Of a stretch of 62,908 nt of DNA, positions 37,270 to 50,376 are shown one piece after another. A program made the translations under genes and the position numbers. The notes under the pieces were generated by a model that was not told the origin of the DNA, ran no database searches, and saw only the letters and a list, made by a program, of their open reading frames with translations. This DNA comes from Salpingoeca rosetta (taxonomy: Eukaryota > Protista > Choanoflagellata): the NCBI GenBank assembly GCA_033442325.1, contig JAWQFM010000011.1, positions 1,503,861-1,566,768 on the forward strand. Direction: 5' to 3'. Position 1 is the stretch's first letter, and each line of letters starts with the position of its first letter.

Positions 37270-37794
37270 GGTTGCTGGTCGTCGTGTTTATCGTTGATCG
37301 TTCGCGTGAATGTGCGACAACGCAGTGAGAGAGGAAAAATTGTGGATATCTTCCCATAACAACCAGATTATAGGAAAATATAGCAAATCATCGTCACCCA
37401 TGCTTGCAAGCACAGGCGAATGTCATCATCATCATCATCAACATCATCCGTCACGCGGCGCAACCGCAACGGCAGCCACGACAGCGCAAGCAGCAGCAGT
37501 TGTTTGCGTGTTTGCTTCGCCCACGCCATCATCCTCCTCCTCTCCTTCTGCCAGGGGAAGCAATCAGCAGATCAACCTTTCTCTCTCTCTCTCTGTCTCC
37601 CTCTGTCTCCCCCTCCTCTGCCTCTCCCTCTCTCTGCCTCTCTCTCCCTCTCCCTCTCTCTCTCTCTTTTCAACCGTTTGCAATCGCAATCCACAAGTAA
37701 GGAGCAAGCCGCGCTGCACCGCCACAACCACATTGTAGGTCATGTGTACGACATGTCCGCCGCGCTGTCTCGACGTCTCTTTGTCTCAGCCACG

Positions 37795-38379
37795 ATGCTT
37801 TGTTTCTCTGAATGGATGGTGGACATGCTTGTTCCGGTTGTTTTGGATTGCGTATTCAACAGTGTTGTTTTTGTGTGTTTGGTATGCTGCTGCTGTTTAA
37901 CTTGTTCGCTCCTTTGCTAGTTGTGCGTTTGCCTTGGTTGTGCGTTTGCCTTTGCGAGTTTGCCTCTGCCTCCCCCCCCCCACAACGGCTTGCCTGGCGT
38001 TGCAGATGCCGTCTTTCCACCGCCATCAATCTTTTTTTTTTCTTGTTGTTTGTTGTTTGTGCTGCGCTGATGTTGAAACACAACATCCCCACCCAAACGT
38101 GCGAAACCTTCGGCGGCCCGCCTCCCTCGTGTTATTTTGCCTTCCTTGTATCCTTGTGCAATTGACTCTTTGTTCTCCTTTCAAGAGCCAACCAGCCAGC
38201 CATGCATCCAAACGCCAAACGCCAAACGCCAAACGCCAAACTGCGACAGCGCCAAACGCGCATGTGCAATCAACCTATTGCTGACACGCACCCCATACAC
38301 GCCTTGCCAGGGTTGGTTCCATCACCTGCGTCGTCCTGTGGGCGGTCCAACCACACCTCGAGACACCGCGGCTGACTAA
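37795..38379 (+). CDS. Possible 51-aa hydrophobic microprotein (two coding exons)
   Basis: Exons 37795-37881 (donor gtatgc) and 38311-38379 (acceptor ccag, with ctgac about 30 nt upstream) join in phase 0 to give MLCFSEWMVDMLVPVVLDCVFNSVVFVCLGWFHHLRRPVGGPTTPRDTAAD*. No homology recognised. Confidence 0.2.
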
Positions 38380-38489
38380 CTTGCTCGCATTTCCCGTTGG
38401 CGCTACACCCGTTCTACATTTAGGTCCGCATTTGTTGTGCTTGGTGCGCGCGTGCTCTCGCCGCTACTTGTTGCACCATGCTTTTTCAA

Positions 38490-38581
<92 letters not shown>

Positions 38582-39034
38582 AAGGGACGCTCGTTTTCTT
38601 CACCCCCCTTAGCCGTCTTCAGAAAAGAAAAGAAAAATTATTTATTAAAGAAACGATCCAGGCGTGTCGTAGGTTGTGGTGGGCGTTATAAAAACTATAA
38701 CATATTTCTTATAATTAATTATGATACGAAAGTAGTGAAGAACTCTGACGTATCTCGCTAGTGGAGGGATGTGATNNNNNNNNNNNNNNNNNNNNNNNNN
38801 NNNNNNNNNNNNNNNNNNNNNNNNNNNNNNNNNNNNNNNNNNNNNNNNNNNNNNNNNNNNNNNNNNNNNNNNNNNNNNNNNNNNNNNNNNNNNNNNNNNN
38901 NNNNNNNNNNNNNNNNNNNNNNNNNNNNNNNNNNNNNNNNNNNNNNNNNNNNNNNNNNNNNNNNNNNNNNNNNNNNNNNNNNNNNNNNNNNNNNNNNNNN
39001 NNNNNNNNNNNNNNNNNNNNNNNNNNNNNNNNNN

Positions 39035-39119
<85 letters not shown>

Positions 39120-39964
39120 GCACGCACATATCTCCCCCCCCCCTTCCCGCCTCCTCACTTCAACGCAAAACCTCGATCAATGAAGAACACGCACAGCACA
39201 CACGGTTTCACGTGTTTGCTGCTTGTGTGCAATCAACACAATCCAGACAACCACCGCTTCAAAAGTCACCACAGCGCAAAGTGCGCAACAGACACTTGCT
39301 CTCTCGAGAGGCGTGTAGGCGTGTATCAACTTTCTATCACTTCCCTCACAGCCTCCACACTCATCCACACCCACCGCCATCACCGCACCAACAAAACCAA
39401 CAACAGCACCTCACCTTGTTCCTCAGCTTTTCGCACAGGCCGCTTTGGTTTCGCTGCCATTTTATCCTCGTTCGAACATCGTCCTCAGCAGCACGGCTTT
39501 ACGCTGCCCCTTCTTTTGGCTAATCGACGTGCACTTGTGCAAGCAGGAGCTGAGCGCGTGGCTGCTTTGCTAATTGGGCTGTGCATGACAAACAGTGCCA
39601 GCAGTACACCCGTCTTATCATCATACAGCCAACCGTTCCCACCACTTTCAAGGCTGGGTTGATTGGTTGGGTGCCTCGCACATACACACAAGGCCGTACG
39701 CAACTCCACCAGCAGCCAGCCGCCACCACGATCGATCATACAACACCAACATCCTCAGGAACACCAGCAAGAACACAAGCGACAACTCGCGGTTGATCAT
39801 ACTCTTCCCGTTTGCTCGCGCGCAACACCCCTGCACCTCCTCGCCCCCAACCTCCGAGGTGCAACGGAAGCCCATCGTGGCTTTATCCCACAATTGTCAC
39901 GCACAACCTCAGCTGCAGCGCTGCTTGAGCTCTTGTGCGACCCACACAACCACGAAGGTTGGCC

Positions 39965-40579
39965 ATGAGCTTGGCCACCCTTCTCCTTGTGACATGCTTG
40001 GCTCTGGCGGCCACCAGCGTCACTGCCCAGCAAACCATCCATGTCCAGCTCATCCTGCCACAGGACGCCCCACCAGACTTCAAGGTGCGCGCCCCTGCAC
40101 AAAACAGAACCATGTACCCCTTCTTCCCCGACCTTCTCTAACACTCCTACACTTCGTGGCACTCGTCTTGTGTAGCATCTTGTGCAGCTCTTCTTCCTGT
40201 TTGGAATGCTTCTCTATAACTCAACTTAGCAACTTGCTCTCCGTATTGTTTGTTTTTCATTCCTGTGCGAGCTCGCCGCGCCGCACTCACCGCACAGCCA
40301 ACGCATCCTCACGCCACTTCACACATGTTCACGCGATCTTACGTACGGACCGCCCACATTGCAACATCACAACCCCCCCCCCCCTCTTTCAGATCACATA
40401 CACGTCCGTATTTTCCACGGCTTTGGACTACGTCAACAACTGGCGCTGCCCTTTTCAGAATGGCTGTCCTTTTCTCCGGTGGGCGTCTTGCTTTATTGTG
40501 TTGGGCTACAGCGACCATGTGTGCAGGAACAGGATGTGCTATCTCGAGACGGTTTTACACTCACATGTCGACTTGGATT

Positions 40580-40629
<50 letters not shown>

Positions 40630-40790
40630 ATTCGCGCGTATTGAACTCACACTCACATATACATACGTAAACCAGGCTGGACAGCTCTGGCGTGGGCGAC
40701 GTCGACATATCTGTTCGTTTGTGCAACCCGCTACTCACCACATGTGAGCTGGATCCTGGGCCAGCCGAAGTCTTCATCGACCCTGCAGGT

Positions 40791-40870
<80 letters not shown>

Positions 40871-43079
40871 GTGTGTGGTGTGTGCGTGTGTGCGTGTGTG
40901 TGTGCGTGTGTGTTTGTGTTGATGCTTCCAAGCATTCCTTCCCCGTCCTTCCCCGTCCTTCCCCGTCCTTCCCCGTCCTCCATTTCTCCGCTTGTCTCGC
41001 TGCACACGTTTGTTGTTCTGCTGTGACATAATTACTTCTTTTTGTCGTATGGGCTCACTTGTCCACGTGTTCCTCAACCTGGATATGAATGCTTTGCTTG
41101 CCTTGCAGCCACGGCACCGGTGCCAAACAGCGGCTCCACTGCGCTTGTACCGCCGCTGGATCGCGTGCTGAACACGACCATGATGTTCCTGACAGAGCTC
41201 GGGTACTCCCACGTGGCCCTCATCACAGCACCATCATGCTCGCCTGCCTCCACGCCCCTTCTCAGCGCCGTCGTGGCATCTGCTGCACACTACAACGTAC
41301 GCACGCCATCAAGTCACTTGTCAGCGCCGTGTGTGTGGCTTGTTTGTACGCGTGGTGTGGGCAATAGTTTGCGGTGGTTCGAAGAACACTCAAGCTGTTC
41401 AGAAGATGCAGACACAGACGCGCAGTGGTGGTTGCCATCATCGTCGTACTCACATCTCCACCGCGCTGTCTGCTTACGTTCTGGCCGCCACGCATGATTG
41501 TTTCCACGTGCATGGATTGTTTCCACGTGCATATTTCGCGAACAACATCTATCATCATCATCGCAGGTGGAAGTGTTACCCCCACCCGGATTTCACTGCT
41601 CAGACTTCAAGGACGAGGATGTACACGTGTTCCTGTTCCTTCCCGTCACCTTGGATGAGGCTGCAGCAGTGCTGGAGCAGCTGTACCAAGCAGGAATGCT
41701 CGAGCCAGGGTGCGATGCCCATGCGTGTGTGCGTGCGTGTGTTTGTCAAAGTACTTGCGTTTTGTGTTGTAGATGTATGTTCCGCATGACTGACACAGGC
41801 CGTGTGGTCACCTCTTTGTGCTCACATTTCTCACGTTGGTTTCCGTCTTCGCTGCAGGTACCTGTACATCTCATCGCCACTGCTCAGCGATTTTGACTTG
41901 ACTGAGCTCTCGTACTACCTGAAGGACCAGGACAAACCTGCAGTTGCGGTACGCTCCACCTTTCAGCGCCACAAACAGCCAATCCTCACTCTGCTGTCGC
42001 TCATGTCGTCAGTGCCCTTGCACTGCGCTCGTGTTGCTTGTTTGCTTGTATGCGAGCGTTACTCACCTGTGCGGATGTGCTGTCTTTGCTGGTCCACTTT
42101 GTTTGTGCGACACTGCATCACTCACACCCCATCTTTGCGATGATGGTTGTGGCTGCACAGTTGGCGTTCTTCAGCGTGGCGGTGACATTGGATTTGACCA
42201 ACGGCGAACAAGATGTCATCGATCGCGTCACAGGCATCCGCGCAGCAGCAAGTGCGTGTGCACCTGCTTTGTGCGTGTGCACCTGCTTTGTGTGTGTGTG
42301 TGTGTGTGTGCGTGTGTCACATGTATGCGCGCTCGTTTGTGTGTGTGCGTGTGTCACATGTATGCGCGCACGTTTGTGTGTGTGCGTGTGTCACATGTAT
42401 GCGCGCTCGATGTCCGGGCCATGATGTTCCCATCTTCTCGTGTTCACGTACGTCCACGACACCACCAACCCTGCAACGTCCCTCCCGCCACCCTTCCCCA
42501 GCGCGCCTGCCCCGCATCATCCCTCGGTTCCTGACACCAGAGTACACCCCGCGCACAGCGCTGTTGTGGGACGCCGCAGTCTTCCTCACGGCGCTATTTC
42601 GCTTCCCCAACAGCACCAGCAACACCGCGTGCGCGTTTGCATGTGCCGACCCACCCTGCATCACACCATGCATGGAGCACCTCCCCAACAAGGTCATAGC
42701 AGGCGCTGCGTCGCAACCACTCGTCATGGTAGCAACAGGAACGCATCCACTCTCTGAGCTGCGGTTTCGCCGATCAAGCCTTCCATCCACGGCACAGGTC
42801 GTGGCCAGGGCGCCAGTGCCACCATTTCAGGGCGACGAGCCCTTGTCAGTGACCTTCTACGATGCATTCACCGGGGAGCAAGTCAACACACCACGCCTCT
42901 ACATTCTTCCAGATGCGCCTGCCCTGCTTCCTGCGGACGCGGGCCCAATCACCGTCCATATAGCCGTCATCTATGGAAGGTCTGTCGGCAAGAGGGCGTG
43001 TATGTCGCATGTGAATGCGTTGTTCGTCAACATGTGCTCCATACCATTGCTTTCACGCACCCACAACCCACGATACATA

Positions 43080-43139
<60 letters not shown>

Positions 43140-43462
43140 TTCTTCCCCGCCGTTTCTCACGATCACACACGCACACACAGGGTAAACCCAGCCAACGCTG
43201 TCACTGGGCTGCTGCGTTTGACACTGTGATCGCTGGCGCGCAAGAGTATTACGCATCCCTGTATCCGGGTGTGAATGTTGTCATCCATACGCGAGCAGCG
43301 GCACGGACAATGCGCCGCTGTCGCCAACGACGGTACGCGTGTGTGCGTGGTGCGCGTACGTGNNNNNNNNNNNNNNNNNNNNNNNNNNNNNNNNNNNNNN
43401 NNNNNNNNNNNNNNNNNNNNNNNNNNNNNNNNNNNNNNNNNNNNNNNNNNNNNNNNNNNNNN

Positions 43463-43515
<53 letters not shown>

Positions 43516-44042
43516 TACACACACATACACACACACACACCCTTCGCTCTCTGCAGGCGGTGAATGAGGGCGTGGTTGCCATGATCGGGGGTATCACCTC
43601 CACGTGTGCCGTGGCGGTGGCGGAGGTTGCTGCGACCCGCGGTGTTCTCCACTTCACCGTCTCCTCATCCACAGACCTTGAGCAGCCAGCGTCATTTGTG
43701 AACACGTTTCGGCTCGGCGCACAGACTGACGATTACGCGGACGCGCTTGCACAGTTCCTGCACGCTGCAAACATCACCTGCGTCAGCATCTTGTGCGATT
43801 CGATGTCCGTCACACACAGGTATTCACTTGTGTACCCTCGGTGCGCTTGCGTGGTGCATGTATGTGTGGTTGTGCGTGAGTGTGTGTATGTGTGTGCGTG
43901 CGTGGGTGTGTACGCATTGCAATCAACTGTATGCACTCGCGCAAGCTGTTGTTGATCGAATATTCTGTTGCTGTATTTGTCTCCTCCGTTTCTCTCTTGT
44001 TGGGCCGCAGACTAATGACATATCCCCTTCTGCACAATGATA

Positions 44043-44103
<61 letters not shown>

Positions 44104-44893
44104 AACTCGCATTCATGACAGGAACGAGGTGAATGCGTTTCTGGCGCGGCTTGAAGAGTTTGGTATCCGCATGTTGACGCTGACAGACATTGCCACGACG
44201 GCGAGCCGCAATAGTTCATATTGGGCAGAAACCCTCTCGTACATCCGCACGCACGGCGCAAACACAATTGCACTCTTCTTGTACGTCGCTGGCTGCGTGT
44301 AAACCTGTGCATGTGGTGTCAACACGTGTGTATGTCGCATTATCTTCAGTTGCGTGTGTGGGTGTTGTGTGGTGTGTGTGCATGCGCAACAACTGCACTC
44401 GTTTCTGTAGGTCTGTCAGCCTTGCTTTGATGTGCATGCGTGACAACTGCACCCGTGTCTGAAGGTCTGTTAGCCTTGCTTTAATGTGCATGCACTCGAT
44501 GCCTGTCATCTCACCCCGCTGATTGCTGTCTCCCCGTGTGTGTTTAAGGTTCCCGCTGGATGCGCACACGGCGCTGTTTGAGGCATCCAAGCACGAGATG
44601 GGCGGTGAAGACACGCTGTGGGTCGCGAGCAACATCGCCACCGCCACCGACGTGTTCTCCGATGACGTGAAGCGGCAGTTCAACGGGCGATTTGTGGGGG
44701 TTCGCGCAGGCCTGCAGCCCAACTTCACAGACCACCCGTTCTTCTCCTTTCCCTCAGCGAGCGGCCACCAAACGTTTTCGGACGTCCTCCCCACCCGTCT
44801 TCCCGTCACCCTCGCCGTTGATGCCGTGCACATCATCTACTGGACCGCATACCACGGCAGATCCATGCACAAGTATGCTTGTGTGTGTGTGCA

Positions 44894-44939
<46 letters not shown>

Positions 44940-47056
44940 TTAGTTTGTGTGTGTGTGTGTGTGTGCGTGCCTGTGTTTGCACCTGTGTGTTTGCACCTGT
45001 GTGTTTGCACCTGTGTGTTTGCACCTGTGTGTTTGCACCTGTGTGTTTGCACCTGTGTGTTTGCATGTGTATACACACGTGATTGTGTACTCAGTTCAAC
45101 GTACACGCTGCATGTTCCTACTCCATGCAAGCTCTGATGTGTATGTGCTAAATGTGACCTGGTTCGCGCAACTCATCTTGCCCCTCCCCCACTTACACAC
45201 GCATACACACGACCCCACACACGTGCGCTTCCAACTGCTGCGCAGGTTCAGCTCTGGTCCTAAAGTGCAGCGCCGTGTGATGATTGACTTGGCGCGCTCG
45301 CTGACGGAAGACAACAGCATCCCTGGCTTTGCCGTGGAGAAGCTGTGGTTTGACCACGACTTAGAGATGTCCATTGGTGTTGATGTGGTGGTGCTCATCA
45401 ACAAAATGCTGCAGCCACTTTTCTATTTCAAGGAGCACGTGCTCACGGTTGCGAACACAGCGCTCGGTGCTGACGTCGCGAGTGCCATGCACGTCCTGCC
45501 GTCACCGTCATGCATGGTCCGCACAACAACACGTGTGCCCTTGGACTCTGCCAGCCCGTCCAACTCTGCCTCCAGCGCCGTTGTCGCCTCCATTACACTC
45601 AGCATCCTGCTCGCCATGGGCATTGTTGGCATTTTCATCTACAACCGCCGAAAGCCGTCGTCTAGGATTGAACCGTTTGACTTTGCTCCGCTCCTCGCCG
45701 CCTGGCCGCAGCACCACGACAAGCCAACCGAGATCCCGAGGTGTGTGTGTGTGTGTGTGTGTGTGGTTTGGTTTATGTGGTTGTTTGTGCGCGCTTGCGT
45801 GTGTGAATGTGTTTTGGTTCTGTTCTGTTCGTTTGCATTGCATGTCGCTGCCTTCGATGGTGTGTATGGTTGCTGTGCTCTCCTGTTTGGCTTGCTTTCT
45901 GCTCGTTGTTGTCTTGTTGCCTCCACCACCCGTCCTCTCCCTCCTCCGCACCAGTGTTGTCACTCACACGCCACTGACATGCCTTTGGTTTCTCCCGTAG
46001 GAAACTCGTGGAGAGCCAGGAGTGCTTGAGCCAGGGCGCGTTTGGTGTTGTCTATCGTGGCCGCCTTGTTGACGCCCCAACTGGCTTCTTGCGGCACATT
46101 GGACTGTCGCGCTCACACCTTGGGCCCTTTGCCAAGAGCAGCACCAGGCACCGCAGCCACCGCAGCAGTAGGAGAAGTCACGGCAGCAAGAGGGCGAGTC
46201 GAGGTGGCAGCAGGCGTTCAACGCAACAGCAAGCTGCTCGCAGTACGGACCAGGGCAGAAGCAACGCCAACGCCAACGCCAACGAAAACGCAACAGCAGT
46301 CCGCAGCACGCACATCAGCACGCCCATCACCGCGGCCGCCACCAGCCACGGTCATGAGGACAACAACGACAGCAACAGCCTGTTTGGAAGGAGCGTGCAT
46401 AATCCGCGCCACAGCAGTCACCCCTCCACCAGTAATGCAACTGACAGCGGTAACGTGTCGGCAGGTCAAAGCTGCAGTCGGAAGCAGCGAGGCTTTCGAC
46501 GCGAGATCCCCATTGCTATCAAGCAGTGCAAGTTCATTCTCAACGCCAAAGACACGTCACTGCTCATGGCGGAGGCATTGCATCTTCAGGCGCTGTCAGA
46601 CTCTCCATATGTTGTGCAGCTGATTGGGGTCCTCACCACGACGGAGCAGCCGGCACTTGTGCTTGAGTACTGCGAGCATGGCAGCTTGGACGCCTTTCTC
46701 CGTTCGCGTTGCCTGCGCGGCGCTTCTGTGTCGTGGCGAATCAAGGCGCGCATGCTCTCGCACGTTGCACGTGGCCTCCATGCCGTCCACGAGCGAAACA
46801 TCATCCACGGCGACATTGCATGTCGCAACGTTCTCATCAACTCAAACTTCGTCTGCAAGATCTGGTGTGTGTGCGTGTGTGTGTGTGTGCGTGCGTATGT
46901 GTGTGTGCGTGCGTGTGTGTGTACACATGTGCTTGCTTTTGTGGAAGTGAACTTGCCTAGCTCGCTATTTTGCATGCGTGTATGTGTACGGCTTTCGTTC
47001 GTCTTGGTGGCATCCACTCACGCTACCACCACCACCACCACCACCACCATCATCAC

Positions 47057-47145
<89 letters not shown>

Positions 47146-49852
47146 CCATCACCATCTACAGCGACTTTGGATGTGCGCTTGCTGGTCCCATTCACCACAT
47201 TGGCCCACACTCTGTTCCCAACGTTCCATTGCGGTGGACAGCGCCTGAAGTCGTGCGGGATTCCGTGTACTCTTTTCTCAGCGACGTGTGGTGCGTGCTG
47301 CGTACCGTGGCTGTTGCGCGCATCGTTTTTCCTTGCTTCTTGTGCGTGTGTGTGCTGTGTGTGGGCGTGTTGTGTGTGGTCCTCGTTTCATGAAGCCCAC
47401 CCTGCGATACGGCTGCTTCTTGCGCGCACGACGTCTTGTCTACAAGCGAACAACCAATTCCAGCAGCCGCTCGTGCTGCTGCGCGTGCTCACATGTGCTT
47501 GCCCCTTCTCCTGGACATGCAGGTCGTTTGGCATTCTCGCATGGGAGATGGCGTCTAACGTGATGGTGTTTCCATACCACAACCTCAGCACCAACCGCGA
47601 AGTCATTCGAGCCATTTTCCACGGCCGCACACTCAAGATCAACAACTGTAAGCTGGCGCCGCCACAGGCCAGATCATGTGCTTTGGGGGGGGGGGCAGCG
47701 CAGCTTCGGTGTTTTGAAGTCCAGGCTGTTGCGTTGAAGGTTGCATCGCACTTCACTCGCACATATGCAGCGCAACCACGCATGTATTGCACACCTCCAT
47801 CCACATGCGCTGCACGTGCCTTGCATATGACCGCACCTCACCACCACCACCACCACCACCACCACCACCACCACCACCACCACCATCACCACCACAATCA
47901 CCATCACCATCACCACCATGATCATTGTAGCTTGGCCGGAAGCGCTGCAGCACATTCTCCGCCAGTGCTGGCTGCCCGTAGCAGAGCGACCAACCATGAC
48001 GACGCTCGTTACAGATGCGTATGCATTTCGCCAGTGGACGCGCTCGTCCGAGCTTGAGATTCGCGGCCTTGCTGCCGACGTATCGGTGAGTCTGCGCAAC
48101 AGCCCGTCGTCATCGCACACGGCTACCGGTGGGCGTGTGTCTGCCACCAGCTGCGTCTGCCCGCCAGACACGCGCGCAGAGCTCCGGGGTGACTGCGACT
48201 ATGAATCGAGCGACGACGAGGTGGAGTGCATCTGGCAGCAGCATGCGGCACGGCACACCATCACTGTGGATGTGTCTCAGATCCTGGAGCGGGAGCCGTC
48301 GGGGTCACACCGCTCCAACATCAACCAAATTGTGTCCAAGCACGAGTCTGCCTCGACAATACGGCGGGGACGCACGGCAGCACCCGACATTGATGTGGAG
48401 CAAGGGCGCTTTGCCCGTGACGCGTACACACGCCTGGATGTGAGCCACGCAAACCAGCTTGAGAATCTTGTGCAAGGATTTGGCACAAGAGGACAGGACC
48501 TGTCTCAGCCGGAGTACTGTGGACTGCTGTCACGCTCTCATCCACCATGTCGCAGCAGCAGCGGCGGCGGCGGCGGTGGTGGTGGTGTTAACAGGAACAG
48601 TATTGCTGTTGAACGCACCCTCCCCTTCTTCAGCGACAGCTACAATGACGAGGACGATGACGACGACGTTGATCGCGACACTGCCCGAGGTCAGTACTTC
48701 CGACACCACAAGTCTCGCGCCAACGGTGGCGAGACGCTTCGTGTTGGTGGCGCGGATGGGAACCATGTCATTGACGATGACGATGAGCGGAAACGTCTTC
48801 GCGGTGGCGGCCATCGTGGTCGTGTTGTGCGGCCCCACTTTGATGGTGGTTATGACGCCAGCCAGGCTCGTCTCGCCCACACGCTCCGTCGGCCTTCAAG
48901 CAGCAACGTGCACTTGGTGCACACGACGCGTGCGCGCATGACTGCGTCTGACGCCGTTGATGCCGACCACACCCATCCACGCAGGGCGTCAACCCCACGA
49001 AACAGCGACACGGACAGCAACACGAGCAGTGCGCGCGCTTCCTTGCGGCGGCACTTGAGGCGAACGGCGAGCGACACGCTGGTGGCGGGCGCATTTGCAC
49101 ACCCGCAATCCACAGCAGCTGCACCAAGCACACACACCGCGGCAACAGCAAGCATTGTTGGCAGAGCTGCAGCACCCACCACCACAGTATCACAAGCGAG
49201 TGCACCGCCCACGACCGCCACAGCGGCGGAGGTGGCAGCGGCAAGAACGGCGACGGACGGAAATGTGCGACAGAGGAGACGACGCAAGCGGCGCGCGCTC
49301 GGTTCGACTGGCGGGCGCATGCGTGGTGGTAGCAGCGAAGGTGATGAAGGTGGTGGTGGTGGAGGTGGAGGAGGTGGTGGTGGAGGTGGAGGAGGTGGAG
49401 GTGGTGGTGGAAGTAGGCATCGTCCATTTGAAGACCATCAACATCGATCGAGCAACACGATAAATGATGATGACGACGACGGCAACGAGGGTGGTGATGA
49501 TGATGGGAGTGATCATCGTCATGACAGTGATGCGCGTCAGCGGTGGTTACAGACGTTGATGCGTCGCGATGACGTGATTACAGTTCCTGACGATGAAGGA
49601 GCGAGGACGACGGGCAACTGGTACTTCCTTGAGCACGGCGCGCATCCATACGGCTTCCACCAGCACTCGCCTCGCCACAGCCGCGGTGGCAGTGGTGACG
49701 ACGACGACGACGACGACGACGACAATGATGATGATGATAATGATGATGATGATGATGGTGAAGGGTTTGGACTCCGGCGCACTGGCGTTGTGCATCTGGA
49801 CACGCATTCCATCGCGTCAAGCACAGCCGAGAGCCGGACGTCAGTGGTGTAA
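39965..49852 (+). CDS. Receptor tyrosine kinase with ANF-receptor/periplasmic-binding (Venus flytrap)-like ectodomains and a long disordered C-terminal tail (N gap at 43363-43462)
   Basis: Signal peptide [21 protein letters not shown]. Flytrap-like motifs: [33 protein letters not shown], then [86 protein letters not shown] followed by NRRK. TK motifs: [56 protein letters not shown]. Confidence 0.87.
44972..45065. repeat. 14-bp minisatellite (cctgtgtgtttgca) about 6 copies, in an RTK intron
   Basis: Directly visible. Confidence 0.85.
47025..47156. repeat. (CAC)n/(CAT)n trinucleotide array filling the 3' part of the intron that splits the RTK KIC|DFG region
   Basis: Directly visible. It is the source of the poly-I, poly-H, poly-S and poly-D ORF artefacts. 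Confidence 0.9.
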
Positions 49853-49942
49853 TTGTGAATATGTTTGCTGTGTGCATGTCTATCAGGAAGTGAGTTTATG
49901 AGCGCGCGCGTGTGTGTGTGAGTGAGTGAGAGAGAGTGTGTG

Positions 49943-49980
<38 letters not shown>

Positions 49981-50300
49981 GTTTGGGGGGGGGGGTTGTG
50001 AACGCTTCTCCTTTGGCGTACGCAACATCAGCCTACCCCCAAAAGATTGTGTCGGTTCTGTGAACACAATGTAATGACATGTGTGCCGTTGTGACATGTT
50101 GTGACGTTTATTTCTTTGAGTGACAGACGTCTTGACCAGCAGGAGCTCCACTTTCATCTTATTGGCCCTTCTTACAAGGGGTTTGCACGGCTAAGACAGA
50201 CAGGGCAGTCACAAGTGCGCCTCTCGTTAATAAACAAACGGCTACAATGCACAACACTACTCGCTGGTTGTTTACAACCTAGTTGACGGCGCTCAGAGGC

Positions 50301-50360
<60 letters not shown>

Positions 50361-50376
50361 TTCACGTGCACAGCAT

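Noticed and set aside
43290-43362. Apparent frameshift or pseudogenisation in an RTK ectodomain exon
   Set aside because: It is adjacent to an N gap where base errors are likely, and the rest of the gene looks intact.
46865-47161. Poly-Ile 'transmembrane' stretch inside the RTK kinase ORF
   Set aside because: It is a GT..AG intron. Removing it restores KIC-DFG.
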